DNA of 63,935 nt, filler included, from Choristocarpus tenellus KU-1152 (taxonomy: Eukaryota > Protista > Phaeophyceae): assembly GCA_964200185.2 (NCBI GenBank). It is 12 parts of 12 records of this genome, joined end to end, with 100 filler letters (N's around TTAATTAATTAA, not from the genome) between each part and the next. Parts side by side here need not be neighbours in the genome. Positions count along the whole stretch, not along the records: positions 50,155 to 58,791 come from CAXNAD020004505.1; positions 58,892 to 63,935 come from CAXNAD020012063.1; 10 more parts are not named here. The stretch is one strand, 5' to 3'. The stretch's first letter is position 1, and each line of letters starts with the position of its first letter. The translations under genes were made by a program, and so were the position numbers. Positions 53,150 to 63,935 of the stretch are shown one piece after another. The notes beneath the pieces were generated by a model. It did not search any database. It was not told the DNA's origin and worked only from the letters and a program-made list of their open reading frames with translations.

Positions 53150-55190
53150 TAGTTATAACCCCAACACCTTCGCGGTGAAAAGTTTTGGGCGGATCGGTAA
53201 CCAAGCAGAAATTTTTATGGATGAGCTAGCTACGCACGGAGTAGGAGGGATGGGGACAGGAGGCTGCAGCAGAAAAGGGGTGATCAAATCCCGTCTACGC
53301 CAGATGGTCTCAGTCACAACGCAAGTAGCCCTATTTAGGCTTATCATGTGTTTTAAGCTGGAGTCACTAGGGAGATGGGCACGGAGGGGTTTGTTGGATT
53401 CTTGGGATGCCTCCATAGTTCCTCACTCTGGGGCACAGGAATAGGTAGATTGGAGGCACAGGAAGGCAGTGGTACAATATAGATAGTAGTGAAATAACAA
53501 ATAGATCAGTGCTTTTTACAGTTGTGACATATTTTATTTCTTTCGGGCTTACACTGTCATGTGAATAGTTTTCATTGGTTGCCCCCCTGACACATCTGGA
53601 AAATGTCAGAGGACAATAATATATATAATAGTACGTTATATATGTATTATTATGCCCTCTGACATTTTCCAGATGCGTTGCGGAAAAAGAAACAGCATCA
53701 CAAGGACCCATGTAAAAGCAACAGTTGTCGTAAACGTGAAAGATGTATCTCCTAAAACTATGTGCCGTTTGTCCAGCTATACTACAACATCCCCTAAAAA
53801 GGCTCGTAAGTACAATACTATGTACTGCTGCTATGTCTCCAACCTAGCTTCGCCCTACACAATGGGGCGAGGAGGTAGGGAAGTATTCCAATAATCTGAC
53901 AGGCCCCTCCTTGCCCATCTGCCTGCTGTCTCCAGCCCGAGACTCATAACATGTCTTGATGGAGCCACTTGTGTTGTGACAGGCACTATCTGTCATAAGC
54001 AGGATTTGACAGTCCCTTTCCTGCAGTAACCTCCCAGCTCTCTCCCCCCTACTGCGTGTGTAGTCAACTCATCCAGAAAAGTTTATGCTTGCATACTGAG
54101 CCACAAAATTTCCACTGTGAAGGTGTTGAGGTTAAAACTACAAGGGTCAAAAGAACCCTTTTAGTGGGTGCGCTTTCACGCCTCAGCTGTAGCAGCAGCT
54201 ACATCGTTGCTGGGGTATGAGTGTGGCAGTTGGGATGCGGCTTGCACTTCTGCAAACATAACATCTAGGAGGAGGTCTTTGTCCCGATAGGGAGCTAATG
54301 CAGCGTCCGCAAGTACACCAGCATGGAAGCCCACATCCATGCGGAGATCCCTGTCCACTGTGAATGGGTTACCGTCCTCCATAGTGCAAGGGATGCCCAT
54401 TCCTTTGGAGAGTTGACCTACACTATTCACCATCGGCATGTGCTGACGTACCTGTCTCCCTGTCGTAGGTTAGATATGAGCACGTTGGGTGTTAACATTA
54501 TGCCTCCTGCACCCAGCTACTAGGCACCTGTTGGACAAAGCCTCCTCCCCCCCTAGATATCTGCTGGCAGTGAGTCTAAACTCTCTGGGAGGGATCTGGG
54601 CTAGTGAAGAACTTCTCTCTCTTCTTCTACATCATCTGGTAGGTTGGTCAATTGTGTCCGGAAGGAGTCGAACTGGATCCTGTTCAGGATGCGGGAAATT
54701 TCATGTTGTGCTCTCTTTGCAATGCTTGTGTTGTGGGCTGCTAGTGTGTGGACCTCTGGGACAGGAGTAGGGGTTGTTGTTCCCCCCCAGGCTACCCAGC
54801 CTTGGTCAATAATTCCTGCCAAGTCTTCCGAAGGGACTCGTGTCGAGAGGAGGATGTGGATGGATGATCCTAGGTCCCGAACTGTGCGGCTCATACAGAT
54901 GACTTGAATGAAGACTTCTTCACGGGGCTATTGTTGCCTTGGTAGAAGGGTGGGGAGAGTGGTCGGCAGTGTCCCACGAAAGCTGCATGCTGGCGATGTT
55001 TCATGGAGGCTACAGGGCTACCCCCCCCGAACTTGTGGGCATCTGTGTCTGTACTTGTTGGTATGTTTCCAGGGGGAGAGACCTACTTGCATGCAACCCA
55101 TCAAACGCACGTGATATTGATTTTACTTTCCCCTTCATACATCTGGAAAATGTCAGAGGGCATAATATTATACTCCAATATATATATAAT
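53150..55190. mobile_element. RLE (CRE-like) non-LTR cluster: + copy 53150-53640, - copy ~53645-55050, + tail 55100-55190
   Basis: DLRMDV..LLLDV..AAATAEA.K..H.KGSFDP and FAVKSFGRIG..A..FMDELA motifs. Shared tail CATCTGGAAAATGTCAGAGG(G/A)CA(T/A)AAT. Confidence 0.85.
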
Positions 55191-55396
55191 ACGCTGAATA
55201 AGTATATATTCTTCATCTTCAACATACAAACTCAGCATGCGCACACATCAGTTTACTCACAGTTAGACTCGGGCGTCTTTTATTTTTTCTCAGAAGAAAT
55301 AATATTGGTACAGTACCTACACACACCTATTTTATACCAAATATTATGTACCAAACCCATTTTTGTACCTCTTTTTTCGACATACCAAAAAAAATA

Positions 55397-56100
55397 GGCG
55401 CTTGTACCGGTCTGGGCGGGCGTTGGCTGCAATGATCATGGTTTGGGGATATGACTCTTCTGCTGCACAGTAGGGGACCCTGGAAGGTCGCTATCATCCT
55501 CATGCGGATACACTCTAACCCTTTCCCCAAAAGCCATCACGTAAAACCAGGCTTCACCCACATGAATCGTGTTCGCCATGGAGGTGTATACACACAACGT
55601 TTCCCGTCCACTTGATCGCAAACAAGGTCCATTCTCCATACCTCTTGCCACGATTTAAGCCTGAGTTTGATTCAGCGGCGATTCGGAATGGCCCCCATAT
55701 CATCCAACAACCTGTTTATGGTGCTTGTGCTATAATTCAGCCCCTTGGCGGCCATCTTCATTGTCCCTTGACGCACCGTGGATGACCAATTATCGGAGTT
55801 GATACTATGTATTGCGGTTATCTTGGTCGGTGTGAGCTCTGAAGGCCGCCCACTACGTGCTGCCACCCCTAGGTCAAGCGTGTGGCCATAGACGAGCTGA
55901 TGGGTGACGTCCTCCCAGAGCCCTTGCATGTAACGCTCAGACACTCCAAACTCTGCTCCGATGGCCAGCCCAACATGTCGTGGAAGTTTATGCTCACCAG
56001 GGACCATCACGAGGGCGTGCCACACTGCAAGCTCTACCCTGGTATTCAGGGACACTTGGGCATCCTTCCTACGCGGAGGGGCCGACGAGGGGGTTGCCAT
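55397..56100 (-). pseudogene. Tc1/mariner (DD39D plant/oomycete-like) transposase, frameshifted and 3'-truncated
   Basis: HTH region (AEFGVSERYMQGLW, SGRP, STVR, STSTINRLL), then IHVGEAWFY (HVDEKWFY-like) and KSHIPK.MIIAANARP. Confidence 0.85.
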
Positions 56101-57455
56101 GTCGATGTTCTGACCCTCGATGTGCCCAGTTCTGGGCTCAAAACCACCCTAAAAGATCCCTACTTTGACAGCTTAAAGCACCTCGAGTTTGTACCTGATG
56201 ATCCTCGACTCCCACCTTTTCTGAAAGCTGAGATTGTCAACCCGATTTCATTCTGTGGGGTTATCGTCCGATTGGACGCCGTTCTCGCTCAGCGAGCTCA
56301 GATGTTTCGTGGCACAAACTTATGCCACAGAGGTTGTATAATAGCATGTACTTCGAAGTATATGGTATACACCATATATGTAACATACATAACATGATGG
56401 TACGTGCAGCCTTCCCCAGCTTATGTTGTGCCATTTCGGATGGCGACAGTAGTGGGAGGCTTGGCAGAACAGCAGATTTGGTGACCTGAGAGGAAGATCG
56501 GGGGTGTGGTTTGAGACCTATGGGTATGTCTCTTTGGCTCCCCTCCATATATTAGTTTTGATATATTATCTCACTGTTGTTCAGAATTGTCCTTCATCTT
56601 TGTACTTGCGCACAAGATTCGCTATATCCATTGGTTGGTTGAGACGGTAGTGTGGTTCTGAGCGTACAACTTGTGAATTTGGTGATAAACGAAGTCTTCC
56701 TGCGACGTGCCTACACTTCAACCTAGATGCATCTCTAGTAGGATTAGTTTTATCAAAATACGTTGCTTCTGTGAGTCTAGGGCGGTTTAGTTTTAGCCAT
56801 CCTCTTCCAAGAAAGAATGTGTGTCAAATGGCAGCTGTCTTTGTAGGGTGTTCTGTTGTGCGAGAGAACTCACCTTATTCCGAGAGACTGTCGGCTACTG
56901 TGGAGGGTATATTCCTTTTGGTATGATGGGGTCTGATGTGTTGAAATCAGTCAAGAGGGGTATGTGTAGACAGCGAAGGGAACCAACGGTATAATTTGCG
57001 TACTGAAGTAGACCTGAGCTAGGAGGTGTTCAGAATGAATGTGCTAGAGTAAAGTGTGGAAGGTAGGCCAAGGGAAGATGTTTAGCCTTGAAATATTACT
57101 GTGGCATGGTTACGACTGAGCTGTGCACCAACCAGGATGGTGTTCTAATTTGTGCAGGAGGAGCTGTGAGTATGTTTTCGAGAGAGATCAACGCTGGCTC
57201 TCTACAAATTTCCCCTTCTGACTGTGGTTGTAAACACTGGTGTGTAGTTCGGGTATCATTTACCCTACTTCCCTTTTGTCGAGATTTATTTCTTAAGACA
57301 GTCTTTTGTACATAGGAAATTGCAATATGTATGCCATCTATGCGTCTGAATTTGAATTAATCATATTTACGATGAAGGGTGGGAGAGTGAGTGGATTGAT
57401 TGCACATGTCGGAAAAATCATGATTAATCTCATTTGTGCTTCAGGAATAGGTGGA

Positions 57456-57713
57456 GAGTGAAAGTATCTTAGAGGGTACGAGTTTTGCCCTGTTTGTCAA
57501 TTTGGGGCTTGGCGTCCCTTAGAGTTTTTATGACATTTTCCTACTCCAAGACATTTCGGAGTAGGTAAATATATATATGATATGAAAAGGTGTGTCTGGA
57601 ACAAGGATATTGATGCTTCCTAACAAACACGATAGCCAAAATTACAATGAAATCGCAACATTGGATTTTGGCCCCAAATGGACGCGGCTCTACCCCCTAA
57701 GATGCTTTGGCTC
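57456..57713. mobile_element. MITE family B, complete copy
   Basis: Both TIRs present; 4-bp TSD TGGA. Confidence 0.92.
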
Positions 57714-60700
57714 TGGATACAGATATTGACAAATATTTGTATGTCAGGGTTTGAAGGAGTTGTGAAGACGTATAAATCATATACTGACTGCAACGTGATG
57801 TTGAAGAATTATGTACAAATCCCTACTTGTAGATATATAAATATGTAACCTTGTTGGTTAGCATTGTGCATATGATTGATAGATAGCACTTACAGTTAGA
57901 TCAACATGTATAAATGGATTGTGGCAATGTGTCTTGAGAAGATAGTTGTGTATTGCTAACTCGTCCCTACCTCATCTTCATGTACAAATCTTACCTTGTG
58001 ATTTAATATGAAACAATAATCGTATACAAACCTCATGTTTTGATTTAGTAGGAAAAAACAAAGGTATACAGATTTGTCTCAGGAAAAACAAAAAACCGTG
58101 TGTTTGTGTCTGTTGTTAACAATAGGGGGCAGATATGACGTTCTTTGTTATTTAGAGAAAACAATAATTGTGTACAAATCTTAGATTACTACTACTAGAG
58201 ATAAGTTCAGTATTTAGTTCCCTTGTAATCATGTCCAAATACTATGCCCAGCTTTTTTCCTAAAGGGCATGTTGCGGAAATGACGCTGGCCTACCCCAGT
58301 AGTGTACTGGTGATATGCCGTTCCTAGTGTGTCATGTCCCCAGCTTCAATGCCTGCAGGGGTTGTCCTTGACCTTTTAGGTCGATAAAGTTGCTGGTATA
58401 TTGGTACTTTGGGTGTGAACTTGTACGTGTACAAGTGAAAGTTTATGAAGTAATCTGAGTTTTGTGGGCGGAAGAATTCTGGTTGGTTGAGGGCACGGGG
58501 CAAGGAAGGGGACAAGAAAGAAAAGAAGAATAAATAAAGTATGTACGAAGAGTTAAGGAACGATTGGGAGGTTAAAGAATTGAGTGGCAGGCAGAGGCAC
58601 GGGGAATGAAGGGATGGTCAGTATTGAATTGGAGAAGAAACCGGAGGGGAGGTAACAAGGAGAGGGGTGCTAGAACAGAGAGGACCCCCGAGCAAGCTTT
58701 CCCGCCCACCCGCCCTGTTGCTTGCTCACGACCAACTTGGATCTTAGGGTGGGAGGGGAGACCAAGTTCGGGCGGGGTAGGTATCTTCTAGNNNNNNNNN
58801 NNNNNNNNNNNNNNNNNNNNNNNNNNNNNNNNNNNTTAATTAATTAANNNNNNNNNNNNNNNNNNNNNNNNNNNNNNNNNNNNNNNNNNNNCCCAAAATT
58901 GCAAAAAGGAAAAATTGGCCCCCAAAGGAACACCCCCTCCCCCCCCCCCAGATACTTCGAGCCCAAGTCGATATCTATATCTGTACTAATTTCGAATTCT
59001 ACCATATCCCATCCCATCAGGCATATTTAGAAACCAATATGTTGGTGCCTACTTCAAGCAAGGTGTCAAGAATTCTCATGACATTTCAACACATTTTGAC
59101 ACAGTGTAGTGAAGTGTGGTGACTACTGTTAGCTTCTAAACACTTCAAACCTCCCATACAAGCACAGGGATAGCGTCAAAGCCTGCTGGTGGTATTCGCG
59201 GGCAAGCTACTCCGGCCTTGCACGAGGGTCATATAACCTTGGTAAGAAAGCACTTGAGAGTGAGTGTTTTTGAGGCTAAAACTCACCAGCTAGACATGAC
59301 CCAGATTAGTTCACAGTGCTGTACAGATGTTCCCCTCTTTGTAGAGCTAGCTTGAAATTGCTTCATACTTTGAAGTATAATTCAAATATCTGTGTGCTCT
59401 GCTGACTCATGCTATTCTGAAACCTGCAGGATATATGTACGAGCATGGTTTAGGTGTAACTAGAAACTATGGACGGGCTTGGACCTACTACGAACGAGTT
59501 GGTTCAATGCCTCGGGTTGACAATGACCCAGATGGCTTGAGTGGACTCACAACTCACCTCCTTGTATTGTGTGCAAAGACAAGGTGACCATACACCCTGA
59601 TAATATTTCTTCTAGTCCAGGTGCATTAGGCTCATCACAACAATGGCTCAATTTTTACACAAGTTAAATTGATGTTGTCATGGTTCAATTTTTGTGATCA
59701 CGGGTGTTTATAATTTATGTGTTACATGTGTTACATATCTTACATATCTTACATATTTGATCATTTTTTACTATCAATTTTATCATGCATTCTAGTGCTG
59801 TGCAATAGCTCCACACAAAGGAATGAAGTTGAACTTGCCAAATGATACACAGGTTTCTTGGAGCAAGTTTTAGGTTTCTGCTCAAAATTTGGAAGTTGAC
59901 TGCCATGGACAGAGTCTGGGCGCACAACAAACAATTTTCCCTCTTCGAAGCATATTCATATGAGGGCGATCTTTTGGGAAGGTTTTCGAAAAATTGAGTC
60001 TGAGACACTCTCCCAAAACAGACTCCAGGAAGCACAATAGTGATTTTCTCATGTACCGTGCAACAATGTGCAAGGCCATTAATTACACTCTCTACCAAAA
60101 CCATTTTCTATTATCCCATATTGTATCTACCCATTTCTTACATTTTGTATGTACTTAACCAAGAATACAATACCAATTACACTGTTCACCATCACACATG
60201 GGGTCAATAGCACAAATCACAAACAATTGTTTGACACACTCAACTGTTCTTGGCATAGAGTGTGACATCGACAGCAATCGCAATCGCTGGTCACTAGCAT
60301 TCACCATCACACAAATAGTCAAATAGCACCAACACAAACCACTGCTTGACACACTCTCCTGCTCTTGATACACACTGTGATAACAACAGTAGTTGACATA
60401 AATTACAATCACAGGTCACATGCACCTCCCTGCTCCTAACAGCAGAGTCTGTCTCGATTCTCGGAATGCGGCTTTACTTTAATCAAAATTGGACTCCGTC
60501 AATCATGCACTCCACCAGTATATTGAGTCAAATCAATCGATACAATGAGAGTTGAGAGTCTTCCCGTACTACCTGAACTCCATATTGTAACTCAAGTCCA
60601 CACAACCTAAGTTCACCATTCAGTACTATTCAATCATGCTTGTAATCCAATTCCTCTCTGCCCAAGTACTTCAGTCTCCACCAAGTGTTACTACTCTATG

Positions 60701-63700
60701 CTCTGCTCCATTCTGGATGTGCCGTCATGTGTCCCACTTGTTTTTTTGTCGAGAATGAACACCCACCAAGACGATCTGGTGTCACTCGATCTTTGCTAGC
60801 CACACTAATCAGTCATATCAATCTTTACGTCTCTCCCTTTGCCCGTTCCAGGACTACTACACTACTACAGTCTTTTAATTATATTTGTAATCCATCATCT
60901 GATTTTGTGGCTTAAATCAATTACAAAGTATATGCTCCATTTACTGCTGTGATCTCTGCTGGAACTGAACTTGTCAAATCACTTCCCATCAAGGTTACTC
61001 CTCAATCGCTTTTCAGGGGGGCAATTAGCTTATCTCTGGATTCCAAACCAGTGCTCCACACTAGATGTGTACCCATGCCACAAGCCACCTGGCCTTCAAC
61101 CTTCACCATTGTCGCCATCCAGAGCTGGAATGGAAAATACCTACACTGAGGAAACTTCTCGATTCTGGCTACCAGGATGGTTGGCAGGGTTGCAGGGTAT
61201 TGTAGACAAGCTCCATGGATGCCTGGATTGGCTGACTCCTGATTCATCAGGGAACCAGTCAGTTCTAGACCACCGCAAGAAAATAGAGCATGCCGGAACG
61301 TGCTTGACTGTGTTATGTTTAGGCTCATCCATCCTATTCCTGGTAGCACTCCTCATCACTCTATCTTTCTTGACCCTAAATGCACAGCTCAATGCTACCA
61401 GAAGGAGGCACAATCGGTTGCAAAATTAGGCTTCTGATCTGTGGCAATTTGTGGTGGATTTATAACAGTGGTAGAGATAAGGTGGAGTTCTCCTAGAATG
61501 GATGGAGGTGCAATATACTGGACTTTTGTCCTTATCTTGAAACAATACAGTCCCTGTTAGTGTGCAGCAACAAACGGGGTTGTATAAACACAGAGCTATC
61601 TGCTCAACAAGGTGTATGTAGTCGCCGCAATCTTAACTTTTTGAATGTTCACAATGTAGGAGATACTAGGATGTGGCTATGAGATCACTATCTAGTAGAA
61701 AAAGAAAGAAAGTGGTACACAGTATTGCAGTTGGTGCAACAGTCGCATCATCCAAAAATTAGTATTACCATGGAGTAATATATTACTGTAGTAATAATAT
61801 CATGGAGAGGATAGCTGACATAGTCTGAGAAACACTCACACCAACAGAGTAGCCTACGATCACATAAAAACCAATAAGGTGAATTCTCTTTACAACCTAA
61901 TCTACTCCTTCAATAGTAATAAATGTAAGAATGATCTTACCATCAACCAGTCGCAAAAATGGAGCTGGATTGGTCCACTGTACTAAGTATGTGGGTGCAT
62001 ATGTTCTGATGTAGAGGTCGAATGGATGGTTAACCAGAAGCACCCTTTCGGAATATATAAAGGTAGAAACCTGTTGGTGGGTTTTTCTAACAGAGTAGTC
62101 TAGGCACTAAAAAAATTGCCCTGTATTTAATTGTGATTCAGTGTTGTACTAGAGGTACATGGTTTTCAGGTTTCGTTGACGTAGTAGTCCACCCATTGAG
62201 TCAGTACGATATATGCAGTTGAATCAGTACCTTCATACTTCCATAGGCATCCTAGAGATATCACTTCACCATCATGAAATTTACTTGTAGTTAATCTTGT
62301 TTTGAATAACACACATGCAGAGGTCATAGAGCTCTCATGGCAGAACAGCTCACAGCCACCTGGTCTATTGTTACTTTTTTGTTATATTAACAAGAAATAC
62401 AAGAAGTAGAGTACTCCATGACACTCTGGAGATATTATACTGTTCTCAAATAAAGAAAATGTTTATCTAGATCTATCGCAATGGCAGTTGCACTGCAGTA
62501 CTACACCTGTCTGTGTTTGTCCTTGTGATCTTGCAAAATAAACTTGGGATATATGTTGCTGTATACTTCATAACTATGTACATAAAAATGATGTACTAGT
62601 ATAAATTATACTGTACAAATAATCAGAGTAGCACGTATCATCTTATACTCTACTCTGCAGCCCCAAACAAAATTGCTTAGTTGCAGCAGCACACCTCAAG
62701 CACATCATACTTTTTACATACGCGTAACGCCAAACCCCTCAGGTATCTCTCTTCAAGGACAAGTAGAGGACAAAAAGCGCATCTGCTACCGCCTCATGTA
62801 AAGGGGAAGGCGCTCATTTCCTCATCTGTAGCATGCATACACTATCCATCCACATTTCTCTCATGCACAGATTGGGAAGTGAGCTCAACCAACGCTGCAG
62901 TATAATAGTTTGACATGTAAGTATGGACACATCAAACATTTCACAGACGATAGAAGTCACCATGAGAGACTTGCATAAAGCTATGGTGGCCTGTTAAACT
63001 CCGCATTGGTTCTCAGCAAATATATCTCCTTTCTCCATGCCAAAAGAGCATAAAATAAATCAAATCAATGCACACCTGGGAAATGGCAACGCTAAATGCT
63101 AGCATTGCCCAAGAACTTTCCGCCATATTCGGCATGTAAAGCCGTTCATTATTTATTTGGCTCGATTAATTGACTTCAGTCCGATTAATCAGAACAACCA
63201 AATACCTGAACTGAAGGTTGTTTTTTTTAAATCACAATACAACGAGAAGTGTGAATAATGAACGCATCGGAGGCCATTGAAATGCACATTTATCACAAAT
63301 TGCCAGTACCTATCCATAACTCACTACACATTTCGCTGTTCATGGCTTTAGATCTGCCTGCTGAGATTTGTCGAGGCTTTGGAATTTTGCCTCGTCGTGC
63401 CATGTGACATCAGCAACTTGCGCGCTTTTCGCGCGTCTCGCCTCATGCGCCTACCGTTCAATTCAGTTCAACTTGACTGATCAGCTTTTTTTCTCCTAAC
63501 AATTTCATCAGTTGTGAATTCTTTGGATCACAACACTTGTCTTTAGCTAGCCCACAAAAAAGGCTGGACCAAGAAATAGGCAGCAACGTCAAGTAGGTCA
63601 AGCGCAAGGTTCAAGGTAGGAGGTGAAGCAACAAGCGGTGAGATTGTTGTACCACCCAATGCAGAAGAAGCAAGGCAGGAACACAGGCCGTACAGTTCGC

Positions 63701-63718
63701 TGTAGTGCAACCATTAGT

Positions 63719-63893
63719 GCCTCAAAGTATCTTGGGGGGGTGGCTGTCCACTTGGGGCCCATCTTTCCATGTCGCAATTTTTGGGTGATTTGGTTGCATG
63801 TGTCGGATGGATAATGTTAGTGCACTTTTCCTTGGCCACAGCCCAAATGGAAACCACGGCGTAGACTCCCCCCCCCCCCCAGATACTTTGAGG
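63719..63893. mobile_element. MITE family A, complete copy
   Basis: GCCTCAAAGTATCTTGGGG...CCCCAGATACTTTGAGG, flanked by TAGT on both sides. Confidence 0.88.
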
Positions 63894-63935
63894 TAGTTGC
63901 TGCAGTTATTAATGGTGTGAGGAGTGATACATTGT

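Noticed and set aside
60971-61429. 152-aa ORF with hydrophobic C-terminus
   Set aside because: No recognisable domain. The 3' part resembles the reverse complement of the dispersed LTR-like repeat.

Overview
Repeat-rich eukaryotic genomic DNA. It is probably a stramenopile or brown-algal-type genome; this is inferred from gene and TE style, not proven. The window is 12 contigs joined by 11 artificial linkers (N-run, TTAATTAATTAA, N-run), so adjacency across gaps is unreliable. Most of it is decayed transposable elements: a chromodomain Ty3/Gypsy pol, a Ty1/Copia element with two nested inserts, an RTE-like LINE, clustered 3' ends of an RLE (CRE-like) non-LTR element, a DD39D-type mariner, and probable KDZ-like and other DDE remnants. 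About 25 copies belong to related non-autonomous TIR elements that share the terminal core AAAGTATCT, and several of them have 4-bp TSDs. Intron-rich host genes occur as short exons: a MORN-repeat gene with one repeat per exon, a signal-peptide protein, and a 7TM-like exon next to a ~49-bp hairpin tandem array. No CRISPR, rRNA, tRNA or Fanzor/TnpB could be supported. The best leads are the AAAGTATCT/4-bp-TSD transposon group, the clustered RLE retroelement tails with a terminal hairpin, an IS630-like fragment captured inside the Copia, and the modular MORN exons.
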